Shown here in pieces: positions 55,891-64,000 of a DNA stretch of 64,000 nt. The stretch comes from Syntrophaceae bacterium. GTDB taxonomy: Bacteria > Desulfobacterota > BSN033 > UBA1163. The stretch spans positions 24,934 to 88,933 of the forward strand of contig JACAEV010000100.1 in NCBI GenBank assembly GCA_013388645.1, in the 5' to 3' direction. Position 1 is the first letter of the stretch. Each line of letters opens with the position of its first letter. The notes below the pieces were generated by a model. That model was not told the DNA's origin, ran no database searches, and was given only the letters and a program-made list of their open reading frames with translations. The position numbers were made by a program, and so were the translations under genes.

Positions 55891-57678
55891 TCATTCTGAA
55901 AAGAAATCGTTGGCTTCAACGATTGCACCTCCTATCTGTTGCCTTGTGATCAGCCCTTTGACGTTACTGGCCTGAGCGGCTGCTGACCCATTTGTGACCA
56001 GGGCAATGGAAACATTGCGAGAACGCATCCTTTCTGCGATGGCGAAAAGTGTTGTCTCTTCCAACACGGTCACGTACCCTTCATGTGCGACCTCCTCCAA
56101 TGTGGTTGTCTCGTTCGATTCCCCCAGGGTTTCCACGAGAGTATCTTTCGAGACAACACCGAGGATTTCCCCACCTCGGTTTTCCACCAGAAATGCCAAT
56201 GCATCATTCTTTTTGGGGCCCATTCGGATAAGCTCCCTGAGTGGCATTGAAGCCGGCACAGTCATAAAATGGGTATCCATGAGTTCACGTGCCCTTCTCA
56301 ACTGTTGGAAATTTGCCTGCAACGTCTGGGGGATGATGTGCCCCCGACGGGCGAGTTTCATCGTATAAATGCTCTCCTTTGAAAGCATCGTTCTTACCCC
56401 GTAACCGATCGCCACAGTGATCGTCATGGGGATGATCACGTTGTAGTTCAAAGTCATCTCAAAGATCATCACAATGGCTGCCATCGGTGCCCCTGTGGCT
56501 CCCCCTGTCATTCCCGCCATCCCCGCAACGGCAAATGCCGGTGGATCGATCGGCAATTCGGGGAAGATCTGGCGCAGGATAAGCCCGAATGTTCCGCCCA
56601 AGGTGGCACCCAAATAGAGAGAGGGCGAGAAAATTCCGCCCGATGCACCCGAACCCAAGGTAACGGATGTGGCAAACAGTTTCAGGATAAAAAGGAGACC
56701 GAGAAGCTTTGCTTCAGAAAGTCTGTCCGTGAAGATGTCCTGAAGGGTCGCATACCCCACCCCCTCGACGTAGTAGTAACCAAGACTGGCCATCAATAGA
56801 TAGATGATAATGCCTACGAGTAACATTCCAATCATATGGCGGAGATAGGGGTTCCTCTTGATCCTTTGGTCGAAAAAATCTTCAAAGACATAGATTGATT
56901 TGATATAGACCGCGGAGGCGGCCCCCAAAAGGATACCCAGGCTTGCATAGGAGAGAAGTAAGAGTGGGTTGTCGATATGAAAATAGAGCATCTCAAAACT
57001 CGGTATCATGAAGGAAGGATAGGGGCCAAAGAAGATTTGACCTATGTATGTAGCCGTAACGGTGGCGATGGCCACGGGAACGATCGTTTTTACGCTTACC
57101 TCGTGGAGCATGAGTTCATAAGCAAACAGGACTCCGCCGATTGGCGTGTTAAAGGTAGCGGCTATCCCGGCTCCAGTCCCTGCTGCAATTAATATAATAC
57201 GTTGCCAGGTGGGCATACGCAGGATCTGGCCGACAGTGGATCCGAAAGAAGAACCAATTTGAACAATGGGCCCTTCCCGGCCAACCGATCCACCGCTACC
57301 GATAGAAAGTGCAGAGGCAATCGACTTAATCAAGGCGACGACGGGTCGAATGATACCCTTGTGGTAGTAGATTGCATCCATTACCTCAGGCACCCCATGC
57401 CCCTTGGCCTCCGGGGCGAAATTTTGAACGAGGAAAGTGACACCGATGGCTCCTACCACAGGCACGAAAATAACCCCCAGACCCCAAGGACTGGGGGACG
57501 TATGCACATTGGCGTCATAGACCACGGACAGTTTTCCAAGGAACAATAAGTTGTGAAAGAAAGCAATCAGTCCCCGGAATGCCACAGCCCCTAAACCGGC
57601 CACGACTCCAATTAGAATTGACAATAAGAAGAATCTAAAGGGTTGAAGGCTCGATCTTTGCCAAGTCGTTTCATCCAT
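55891..57678 (-). CDS. ClC-family chloride channel / H+-Cl- antiporter with C-terminal CBS pair
   Basis: Selectivity-filter motifs GSGGSVGREGP, GTGAGIAATFNTPIGG and GSGASGGIFSPSLYLG. C-terminal CBS domains. Confidence 0.85.
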   Translation of the reverse strand: MDETTWQRSSLQPFRFFLLSILIGVVAGLGAVAFRGLIAFFHNLLFLGKLSVVYDANVHTSPSPWGLGVIFVPVVGAIGVTFLVQNFAPEAKGHGVPEVMDAIYYHKGIIRPVVALIKSIASALSIGSGGSVGREGPIVQIGSSFGSTVGQILRMPTWQRIILIAAGTGAGIAATFNTPIGGVLFAYELMLHEVSVKTIVPVAIATVTATYIGQIFFGPYPSFMIPSFEMLYFHIDNPLLLLSYASLGILLGAASAVYIKSIYVFEDFFDQRIKRNPYLRHMIGMLLVGIIIYLLMASLGYYYVEGVGYATLQDIFTDRLSEAKLLGLLFILKLFATSVTLGSGASGGIFSPSLYLGATLGGTFGLILRQIFPELPIDPPAFAVAGMAGMTGGATGAPMAAIVMIFEMTLNYNVIIPMTITVAIGYGVRTMLSKESIYTMKLARRGHIIPQTLQANFQQLRRARELMDTHFMTVPASMPLRELIRMGPKKNDALAFLVENRGGEILGVVSKDTLVETLGESNETTTLEEVAHEGYVTVLEETTLFAIAERMRSRNVSIALVTNGSAAAQASNVKGLITRQQIGGAIVEANDFFSE

Positions 57679-57795
57679 CAGAGATCCCTTTCTGTCTGAA
57701 ACTTAACACCAAAGCCTGCCTTCTTCTGCAATTCAGAGCGGTTCTGCTTTCTCATTTCGCTTCATTTCACACATCCCTCTTCTTCGTCAAAACTT

Positions 57796-59568
57796 CTATG
57801 ATGTAATAGGGCCGTCTTGAGATCGAATGCCAACCCGTCCGTTTTCCACAGAAATAAGATTATTAATTTCTTGAGCGGAAGCAAGATCAAACACTCTTTT
57901 GGCGACTGACTGCCAGTGCTCATATTTAACTGAGCGAACGATTTTTTTTGCTTCGAGAAGACAAGAAGGATTCATACTTAAATCGGTCAACCCTATCCCA
58001 AGCAAAAGAGGGATATAAGCTGCTGTCCCAGCCATTTCTCCACAAAGGGTAATTTGTTTATTTGTGCGATTTGCCACTTCAACAACATTTCGAATCAGCC
58101 GCAGGACAGCTGGGTTTAGCGGGTCATAAAGATGCTTTACCAAATCATTATCGCGATCCACTGCGAGCGTATATTGGGTCAAATCGTTTGTACCGATACT
58201 GAGGAAATCGACCTCTTTTGCTATTTGGTCAGCGAGGATCGCAACAGAAGGTATTTCGATCATCACCCCAAAAAGAATTCCTTCGTCAAAAGGAATCCCT
58301 TCTATTTGAAGTTCTTTTTTGGTCGATTCGAACAGATCTCGGATCTCCGTAACTTCCCCAATGTTTGAAATCATTGGGAAAAGAATCTTCACAGGTCCGT
58401 AGGCACTTGCTCTCAGAATCGCCCGAAGCTGCTGCTTGAAAAGATCCTTCTCTTTCAAAAACACACGGATGGACCGATAACCCAAGAAAGGATTCTTCTC
58501 TTTCTGGCTCTTCCCATCTTCAAAAAATTTATCCCCTCCAAAATCGAGTGTCCGGATTGTGACTTCCCTGCCCGCAGCCTCGGTAACTACTTTCTGATAG
58601 AGAGAAAATTGTTCATCTTCGGAGAGGAATCTTCTCCAGACCAGAAACGGCAGCTCGGTTCTGAACAATCCAATGCCATAGGCACCAAAACGAAGTGCGT
58701 ATTCAAGGTCGGTTAGTCCTCCGATATTAGCCCATAACCGAATTTCGCGGCCGCCAAGGGTTTCGCAAGGTAAAGAAACGAGTTTACATAATTCCGTTTG
58801 ATATGATTCCCGTTTCCTCTGGAGATCATGATAATTTTGGATGAGTTCCAAAGGCGGACGAATGAGTACGATACCTGTATCACCATCGACGATCAGGGTA
58901 TCCCCTTTCTTAACCTTTGAAAGTAATCCCTCTATACCGAGGACTGCAGGAATCCCAAGAGAACGAGCAAGAATCGCGGCATGAGAGTCCCTCCCTCCCA
59001 ACTCTGTTACAAAAGCAAGAACTTTTTTCTTGTCTAATCTGACCGTATCGGAGGGTGCCAGTTCCGAGGTTACCAATATCACTGGTTCCTTAAAATCCCA
59101 TGGGGGTTCCTGTGTTGACGTCAGCTTTCCGATAATTCTCCTTCCGATGTCCCTGATGTCAGCGCCACGCTCCCGTAAATAAGGGTCACCCATCTTATTA
59201 AAAGCTTCTCCAAACTCGTCAATTTGCCTCAAAACCGCTGACTCTGCATCAACCCGATCTTCCCGAATATCTTTTAAGATCCGAGCGATGAAATAAGGGT
59301 CCTTAAGTATTGCAAGGTGGGCAAGAAAGATCTCTGCTTCTTTCTTACCGATCCTTAGAGACAACTGTGAGTTATCTTCCATCAACTCATCGGTCACTTG
59401 ACGAATGGCCTCTTTAAGGTGGGCAACCTCTTCCTCTGCATGTGCCTCTTCGAGATTCCTCCTTTCAACCATCAGAAGAATGTCCTGAAAGACATAAGCC
59501 TTCCCGATGACGATTCCCGGTGAAGCGGCAATCCCCTTTAGAAACCATTTGCTAATTTCTTCATGCAT
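57796..59568 (-). CDS. ptsI: Phosphoenolpyruvate-protein phosphotransferase (PTS enzyme I)
   Basis: GIAASPGIVIGKAYVF N-terminus, phospho-His region GGRDSHAAILARSLGIPAV, PEP-binding LFRTEL. 590 aa. Confidence 0.85.
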   Translation of the reverse strand: MHEEISKWFLKGIAASPGIVIGKAYVFQDILLMVERRNLEEAHAEEEVAHLKEAIRQVTDELMEDNSQLSLRIGKKEAEIFLAHLAILKDPYFIARILKDIREDRVDAESAVLRQIDEFGEAFNKMGDPYLRERGADIRDIGRRIIGKLTSTQEPPWDFKEPVILVTSELAPSDTVRLDKKKVLAFVTELGGRDSHAAILARSLGIPAVLGIEGLLSKVKKGDTLIVDGDTGIVLIRPPLELIQNYHDLQRKRESYQTELCKLVSLPCETLGGREIRLWANIGGLTDLEYALRFGAYGIGLFRTELPFLVWRRFLSEDEQFSLYQKVVTEAAGREVTIRTLDFGGDKFFEDGKSQKEKNPFLGYRSIRVFLKEKDLFKQQLRAILRASAYGPVKILFPMISNIGEVTEIRDLFESTKKELQIEGIPFDEGILFGVMIEIPSVAILADQIAKEVDFLSIGTNDLTQYTLAVDRDNDLVKHLYDPLNPAVLRLIRNVVEVANRTNKQITLCGEMAGTAAYIPLLLGIGLTDLSMNPSCLLEAKKIVRSVKYEHWQSVAKRVFDLASAQEINNLISVENGRVGIRSQDGPITS

Positions 59569-59692
59569 TCCTGAACTTCCTTAGGTGAGTTCATTCATAT
59601 AGCGGCCATTGAATTCTGCTTTGCCGATACCAGATGTCACAAAACTTTCGTATTTCTAAATACCAATTGGTTCAAAATCGTCATACCACCTA

Positions 59693-62183
59693 TCAGATGG
59701 TCCATCTGTTGCTCCTTCTGAGTAGGAGTCCCAGGTATTTCGGGTCAAAAATTCGATAGGTCACAAGTTTTACTCGATCGTTTAGCAGGAACCAGATCAA
59801 GGCATAGCCCCATACCAGCAGTGCCCATCCCCAACCAATCGGGGTCATAAAGAGGCCATAGACTGTGATGAATGTTGCAACCAATTGGGTTCCTACCACA
59901 GCCCAAATGAGAACCGGTGCAGGCCGAGAGGACCAGAATGGACCACGGGTGCGGGTAACAAATATCGTTAAATGGCCAGCCACAGAAAGCTTCAAATATA
60001 TCAGAGACTGAATCATCTCCCCTGGAAGATGGAAGGTGTGTTCAGCCAAGTAAAAAAGGCCAAAGGAAGCAAGGACCCCCACAATACCAAGCCAAGCATT
60101 GTAGCCACTCCTAAAACCATTGGCATGTTCCATGATTCGGGCTGATTAGAGTAACGGGTTTGATCGAAGGCAATGGATAAGATAGCACCGTCGTTGAGCA
60201 AGGCCAGCAAAACGATCATCACCGCCGTTACAGGATAGAAGTTAAAAACTAAGATCGATAAAGTCATAAACAGCAGTACTCGGATGGTCTCAGCGATGCG
60301 GTAGATCGCGTAACTGTTCATCCGCTGGAAGATTTTTCGGCTCTCCTTGATTGCATCGATGATCACCGACAGACCCGGCGTCAACAACACGATGGCCGCT
60401 GCCGCCCGCGCCGCGTCCGTCGCGCCCGAAACGGCGATGCCGCAGTCGGCTTTCTTCAGTGCGGGCGCGTCGTTCACCCCGTCGCCGGTCATGCCGACAA
60501 TGTGCTTGTGTTGCTGCAAGACATCGACAATGTGGAACTTATGCTCGGGGAACACCTGGGCAAAACTGTCCGCTTTCTCGATGGACTCCGCCAACTGCGC
60601 CGTCTCGTGATGACGCGTGTCGCCGAAGCCGCTGGCATCAAGGATGTTCGTACCCAGCCCCATTTGCCCGGCGGTTTCCCGACCAATTGCCAATTGATCA
60701 CCCGTAACCATCTTCACGTTCACGCCCATCTGCCGCACCGTGGCGATGGTCGCTTTCGAATCCTCGCGGGGTGGATCGTAAAGCGGCAGGACACCAAGAA
60801 ACTGCCAACGCCCCTGCTCGTCGGTGCGCGCCACGCCGAGAGAACGGAAGCCGTGTGCCGCAAAGCTGTTGATCGCTTTCTCTACTACGGACTTTACCTG
60901 CGCCGCATTGGCCGCCAACTCCAATATCACCTGTGCCGCACCTTTCGTCACCTTGAACGTTTTCCCATCTGCCGTTTTAACAGTGGCCTCGGTGCGCTTG
61001 TGCACGGGGTCGAAAGGCTGGAAGTTCGTGACTCGGTAACTGTTCAGTTGCTGACCATCCTTCACACCACTGAGGACTGCGAGATCGATCGTATCCCGAT
61101 TTTCGGCACGCGACGCCAGCGCGGCGTTGAGAATCACCTGATCGGAGTTGACTCCTTCGACGCTGAACGGGACGCCCAGAGTCAGCTTGTTCTGCGTCAG
61201 CGTGCCCGTTTTGTCTGAGCAGAGCACATCCATCCCCGCCAACTCTTCGATAGCTACGAGCCGACTGACAATCGCTTGTTTTGTCGCCAGCAGCCGCGCC
61301 CCCACGGCCATTGTTACTGACATAACGGTTGGCATTGCCACCGGAATGGCGGCCACGGTCAGCACCAGCGCAAACTGCAGCGTGGTGGTCATCTTGTCGC
61401 CACGAAACAGCGCAACTGCCAGAATCATAATCACCAGCGCCACCGCCAGCATGATCAGGTAGTCGCCGATTTTTAACACAGCGCGCTGGAAGTGGCTAAC
61501 GGTGTGCGCCTCCTGCACCAGTTGCGCGGTCTTGCCGAAGTAGGTCTTCTGACCCGTACCATACACCAGCCCATCAATTTCGCCTTGACGAATAATCGAC
61601 CCCGAGTAAACCGCCTCGCTGGGTTTGCGCGTAACGGGCAACGACTCACCCGTCAATGCGGACTGATCCACTTCCACCGGGTCACCCTCCAACAAGCGCG
61701 CATCTGCCGGTACGATGTCGCCGAGACGCAGGCGGACAACGTCGCCCGGTACAAGCTCACGCGCACGGACGGACGTCCACTTCCCGTCTCGCCGCACACG
61801 AGCTTGCAGCGCTAGTTTCTCTTTAAGCGCTGCAATAGCGTTGCAAGCCTGGTATTCTTCCCAGAAACCAACGGCAGCATTGGCCACCAGCAGCACAAGG
61901 ATAATGAAGAAATCTGGCCAGTGCCTCACCATCGCTGACAGAACCACCGCTGCTTCGATCATCCAAGGGATGGGTCCCTAAAATAGGACAAAAATTTCAG
62001 AAGGGGATTCTTTTTTTCCCCAGGAAGTTCGTTGTATCCATACTGAGCAAGACGGCGTTGGGCTTCTTCCTGACTAAGACCAGCCATTGATATATCGAAA
62101 ACCTTCTTCAATTTTTCAGATGATAGATCCCTATTAGCTCTGGATTCATTTGTATCTTGTTTCGGGTACTTCTGACTTCTCAT
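59693..62183 (-). pseudogene. Second type IIIA P-type ATPase, split into three ORFs by two frameshifts, with a high-GC central core
   Basis: N-terminal piece (…LSQEEAQRRLAQYGYNELPGEKKNPLLKFLSYF), core (CSDKTGTLTQNKL, GDGVNDAPALKKADCGIAV) and C-terminal piece (…IYLKLSVAGHLTIFVTRTRGPFWSS…) are contiguous and in the same orientation. The frame changes are at about 61968 (T4-A-G3 run) and about 60080 (C5 run). The segment at about 60340-61820 is roughly 70% GC against about 47% in the flanks. Confidence 0.7.
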
Positions 62184-62193
62184 CTCATCTCCC

Positions 62194-63186
62194 CTAATTC
62201 CGAGCATTGCTGATACCATCTGATGAACTTTTATGTTTGGGCTGCGATTCTGAGAAATAAGATGATACTTTCTTTTCTTTCTCCAGCATATCCAATGCAT
62301 TATAGGCTGCTTGAGGAACCTCCACTGCTGGTTCGATATCTTCCAGCGCGACTTTCAGCGGAACAAGATATTTTCTTAGTTCACCTTTCGCCAGATCATG
62401 AATGACATGATGCGCACCCTCTCTAAGAAGTGTCGAATCTCCTCTTTTCATTAAAGCTTGAAGCAGTGGTTTTAGACCCTTAATATTCATTCCAATCAAC
62501 CCGACCGCAGCCAGCCAACGAACGTCGAATTCATCATCCTCCAGAACCTCTGTAAGAGCGGGTGCGGCGTTTGGATCCCCTATTTCACCAAGGGCTTTTG
62601 CAGCTTCCCATCTTACCCAATGTTGTGGATGTTTTAATGTTTCGATCAACTGAGGAACGGCCCGATTCCCCGTTCTCACAAGGGACTCCCGTGATTGGAT
62701 CCGGACAGTATCATCGCTTCTGGAAAGTTTCATGATAAGGCTTTGAATGGCTGGATCGATTTTATAGACCCCCATCCATCGATCCGATGCAACTCTATCG
62801 ATCACTCTTTTCAATTTGTCCGATACTTCCAATGCAATTTTTTTCAATTCCTTATTTTCTATCACTGCTAAAGCTGCTATTGGATTGAGGGCGGATACAT
62901 GGATTTTATTGTCTTCAATCTCATAGATGATTACATTACATGGAAGAAGTAAGCCAACATCTAACTCCGCTTGCAGGGATCGGTAGGCATAGAGAGGATT
63001 GCAGGCCCCTAAGATTAAATACTTTCTAAAATCCACATCTAATTTCTTTTTTAAGGTGGCCTTTACATCAATTTCTGTGAGAATCCCAAAACCTTCCTCT
63101 TTTAAAACTTCAATAACTTTTGAAACTGCCTCTTCATAAGAAGTTTCTAAAACCGTGCTGAAAACATATTCTTTAACCTTTTTCAT
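62194..63186 (-). CDS. DUF302-domain / HEAT-repeat fusion protein
   Basis: N-terminal ~130 aa resemble DUF302 (…FGILTEIDVKATLKKKLDVDFRKYLILGACNP…). The C-terminus carries HEAT/PBS-lyase-type repeats (HWVRWEAAKALGEIGDPNAAPALTEVLEDDEFDVRWLAAVGL). Confidence 0.6.
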   Translation of the reverse strand: MKKVKEYVFSTVLETSYEEAVSKVIEVLKEEGFGILTEIDVKATLKKKLDVDFRKYLILGACNPLYAYRSLQAELDVGLLLPCNVIIYEIEDNKIHVSALNPIAALAVIENKELKKIALEVSDKLKRVIDRVASDRWMGVYKIDPAIQSLIMKLSRSDDTVRIQSRESLVRTGNRAVPQLIETLKHPQHWVRWEAAKALGEIGDPNAAPALTEVLEDDEFDVRWLAAVGLIGMNIKGLKPLLQALMKRGDSTLLREGAHHVIHDLAKGELRKYLVPLKVALEDIEPAVEVPQAAYNALDMLEKEKKVSSYFSESQPKHKSSSDGISNARN

Positions 63187-63697
63187 GGTTCCTCACTTCG
63201 CTCCGATTGATATTGTTTTGGTTCATCTCCTCTTCGTTGCTCTTTCTCCTTGAATTGGAACATAACAAGAAATATGCCAATTTCTTTATCAATAAAATCC
63301 TTTTTTATTACGATTGCTTATGATTTATCAGATCAATGAAAGGTGAGAAGAAATCAGGAATATGTCCTGTTTTATGGGACAGATTCCTGTTACACAAGAT
63401 TTTATCCTTTAAAGCAAGACTCTCGCTGACTCATGTGAGGAAAGTATTTTGCCTTAACTTCGGGACATCCTCTCATGAAATTGTTTTAAAGATATAAATA
63501 GTATAAATATCCGGATGTGAGAGACAGGATTTAATCTTATAGCATTGTCAAGACAGGGAAGGATTACTTTAGAGACCATTACCAAACACTTTGATACAGC
63601 ATTGCAGATTTCAACCTATTATCGGTAACCATCATGTGTTGTATTAATATGCATATTTATCAAATTCTTAAATCTTTTAATTCAAAATAAATTTCGT

Positions 63698-63703
63698 TAT
63701 AAT
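63698..63703 (+). promoter_or_regulatory. Candidate -10 box (TATAAT) for hypB
   Basis: Perfect TATAAT about 40 nt upstream of the hypB ATG, in an AT-rich divergent intergenic region. The -35 element is ambiguous. Confidence 0.3.
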
Positions 63704-63745
63704 GTCTAGTCAATTTGAAATAGAGCTGTTTCAGGAGTGAAAACG

Positions 63746-64000
63746 ATGAAAATAATAAAATCAAAGGGACCTGAGATATTTGATATTGAATTAGAAAAAG
63801 CCCTTTTAGCCAAAAATAGGAGTTTGGCCAAAGCGAATAAGAAAAGGTTTGATCGTTCAAAAATATTAGCTATCGACATTATGGGTTCGATTGGATCAGG
63901 GAAGACCACCTTGATCAAGGCAATTTTAAAAAAACTTGGAATAGGTAAGAAGGTCGCCGTGATCGCTGGAGACCTCACTACCAGCATCGATGCAGAAAGG
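63746..64000 (+). CDS. hypB: Hydrogenase nickel-incorporation GTPase HypB, N-terminal part (runs off the window)
   Basis: AGGAG RBS. …LLAKNRSLAKANKKRFDRSKILAIDIMGSIGSGKTTLIKAIL…KVAVIAGDLTTSIDAER matches the HypB P-loop and the GDL.T..DAER region. Confidence 0.7.
   Translation, partial: MKIIKSKGPEIFDIELEKALLAKNRSLAKANKKRFDRSKILAIDIMGSIGSGKTTLIKAILKKLGIGKKVAVIAGDLTTSIDAER

Noticed and set aside
60347-61981. Cluster of plus-strand ORFs (87, 82, 238, 71, 104, 107 and 88 aa)
   Set aside because: All are antisense shadow frames produced by the roughly 70% GC core of the P-type ATPase. Arg/Ala/Pro-rich, without starts or RBS.
59693-62300. Three separate minus-strand ORFs (61959..62300, 60013..61962, 59693..60133) as independent genes
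   Set aside because: They are the contiguous N-terminal, core and C-terminal parts of one P-type ATPase. The breaks are single-nucleotide frame changes in homopolymer runs.
1-64000. CRISPR arrays, IS elements, integrases, phage genes
   Set aside because: No short direct-repeat arrays with unique spacers. No transposase or integrase-like ORFs. No inverted terminal repeats around the high-GC segment.

Overview
This 64 kb window is a bacterial chromosomal segment at about 45-50% GC, with nearly every gene on the minus strand. It reads as core metabolism plus a cell-envelope and respiratory neighbourhood. No rRNA, tRNA, CRISPR array, transposase or integrase could be supported.

In coordinate order the window holds:
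- a complete oxidative pentose-phosphate operon (gnd, zwf, pgl, tkt, rpiB and a transaldolase/glucose-6-phosphate isomerase fusion);
- a DedA protein, a PAS histidine kinase and a type IIIA P-type ATPase;
- mlaEFD;
- an mprF/virJ lysyl-phosphatidylglycerol pair and an MFS transporter;
- tandem duplicated trypsin-like/TPR genes;
- an island of membrane proteases (Clp-fold SDH peptidase, rhomboid, M50 site-2 protease with CBS domains, NfeD-like, FtsH);
- a candidate extracellular electron-transfer or iron-oxidation module: a 122-aa receiver-like protein, HtrA, an S10 carboxypeptidase, a single-ORF bc complex, a monohaem cytochrome c and a Cyc2-like fused cytochrome-porin;
- an mgtA-type Mg-ATPase that has truncated a MarC-family gene;
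- tandem PRC-barrel paralogues with conserved structured leaders;
- a sigma54 two-component set (HK, NtrC-type enhancer-binding protein, a CheY-like response regulator with a clear sigma54 promoter);
- an M16 peptidase pair, a ClC channel and ptsI;
- a second proton-pump-like P-type ATPase carrying a roughly 70% GC central core and two homopolymer frameshifts;
- a DUF302-HEAT protein and the 5' end of hypB.

The observations I rate most interesting are:
- the bc fusion, in which cytochrome b6/subunit IV, a dihaem cytochrome c and a Rieske protein share one 825-aa frame;
- the Cyc2-like outer-membrane cytochrome next to it;
- the composition-discontinuous ATPase;
- an in-frame TGA in one of the tandem trypsin/TPR paralogues, with conserved coding sequence continuing beyond it.
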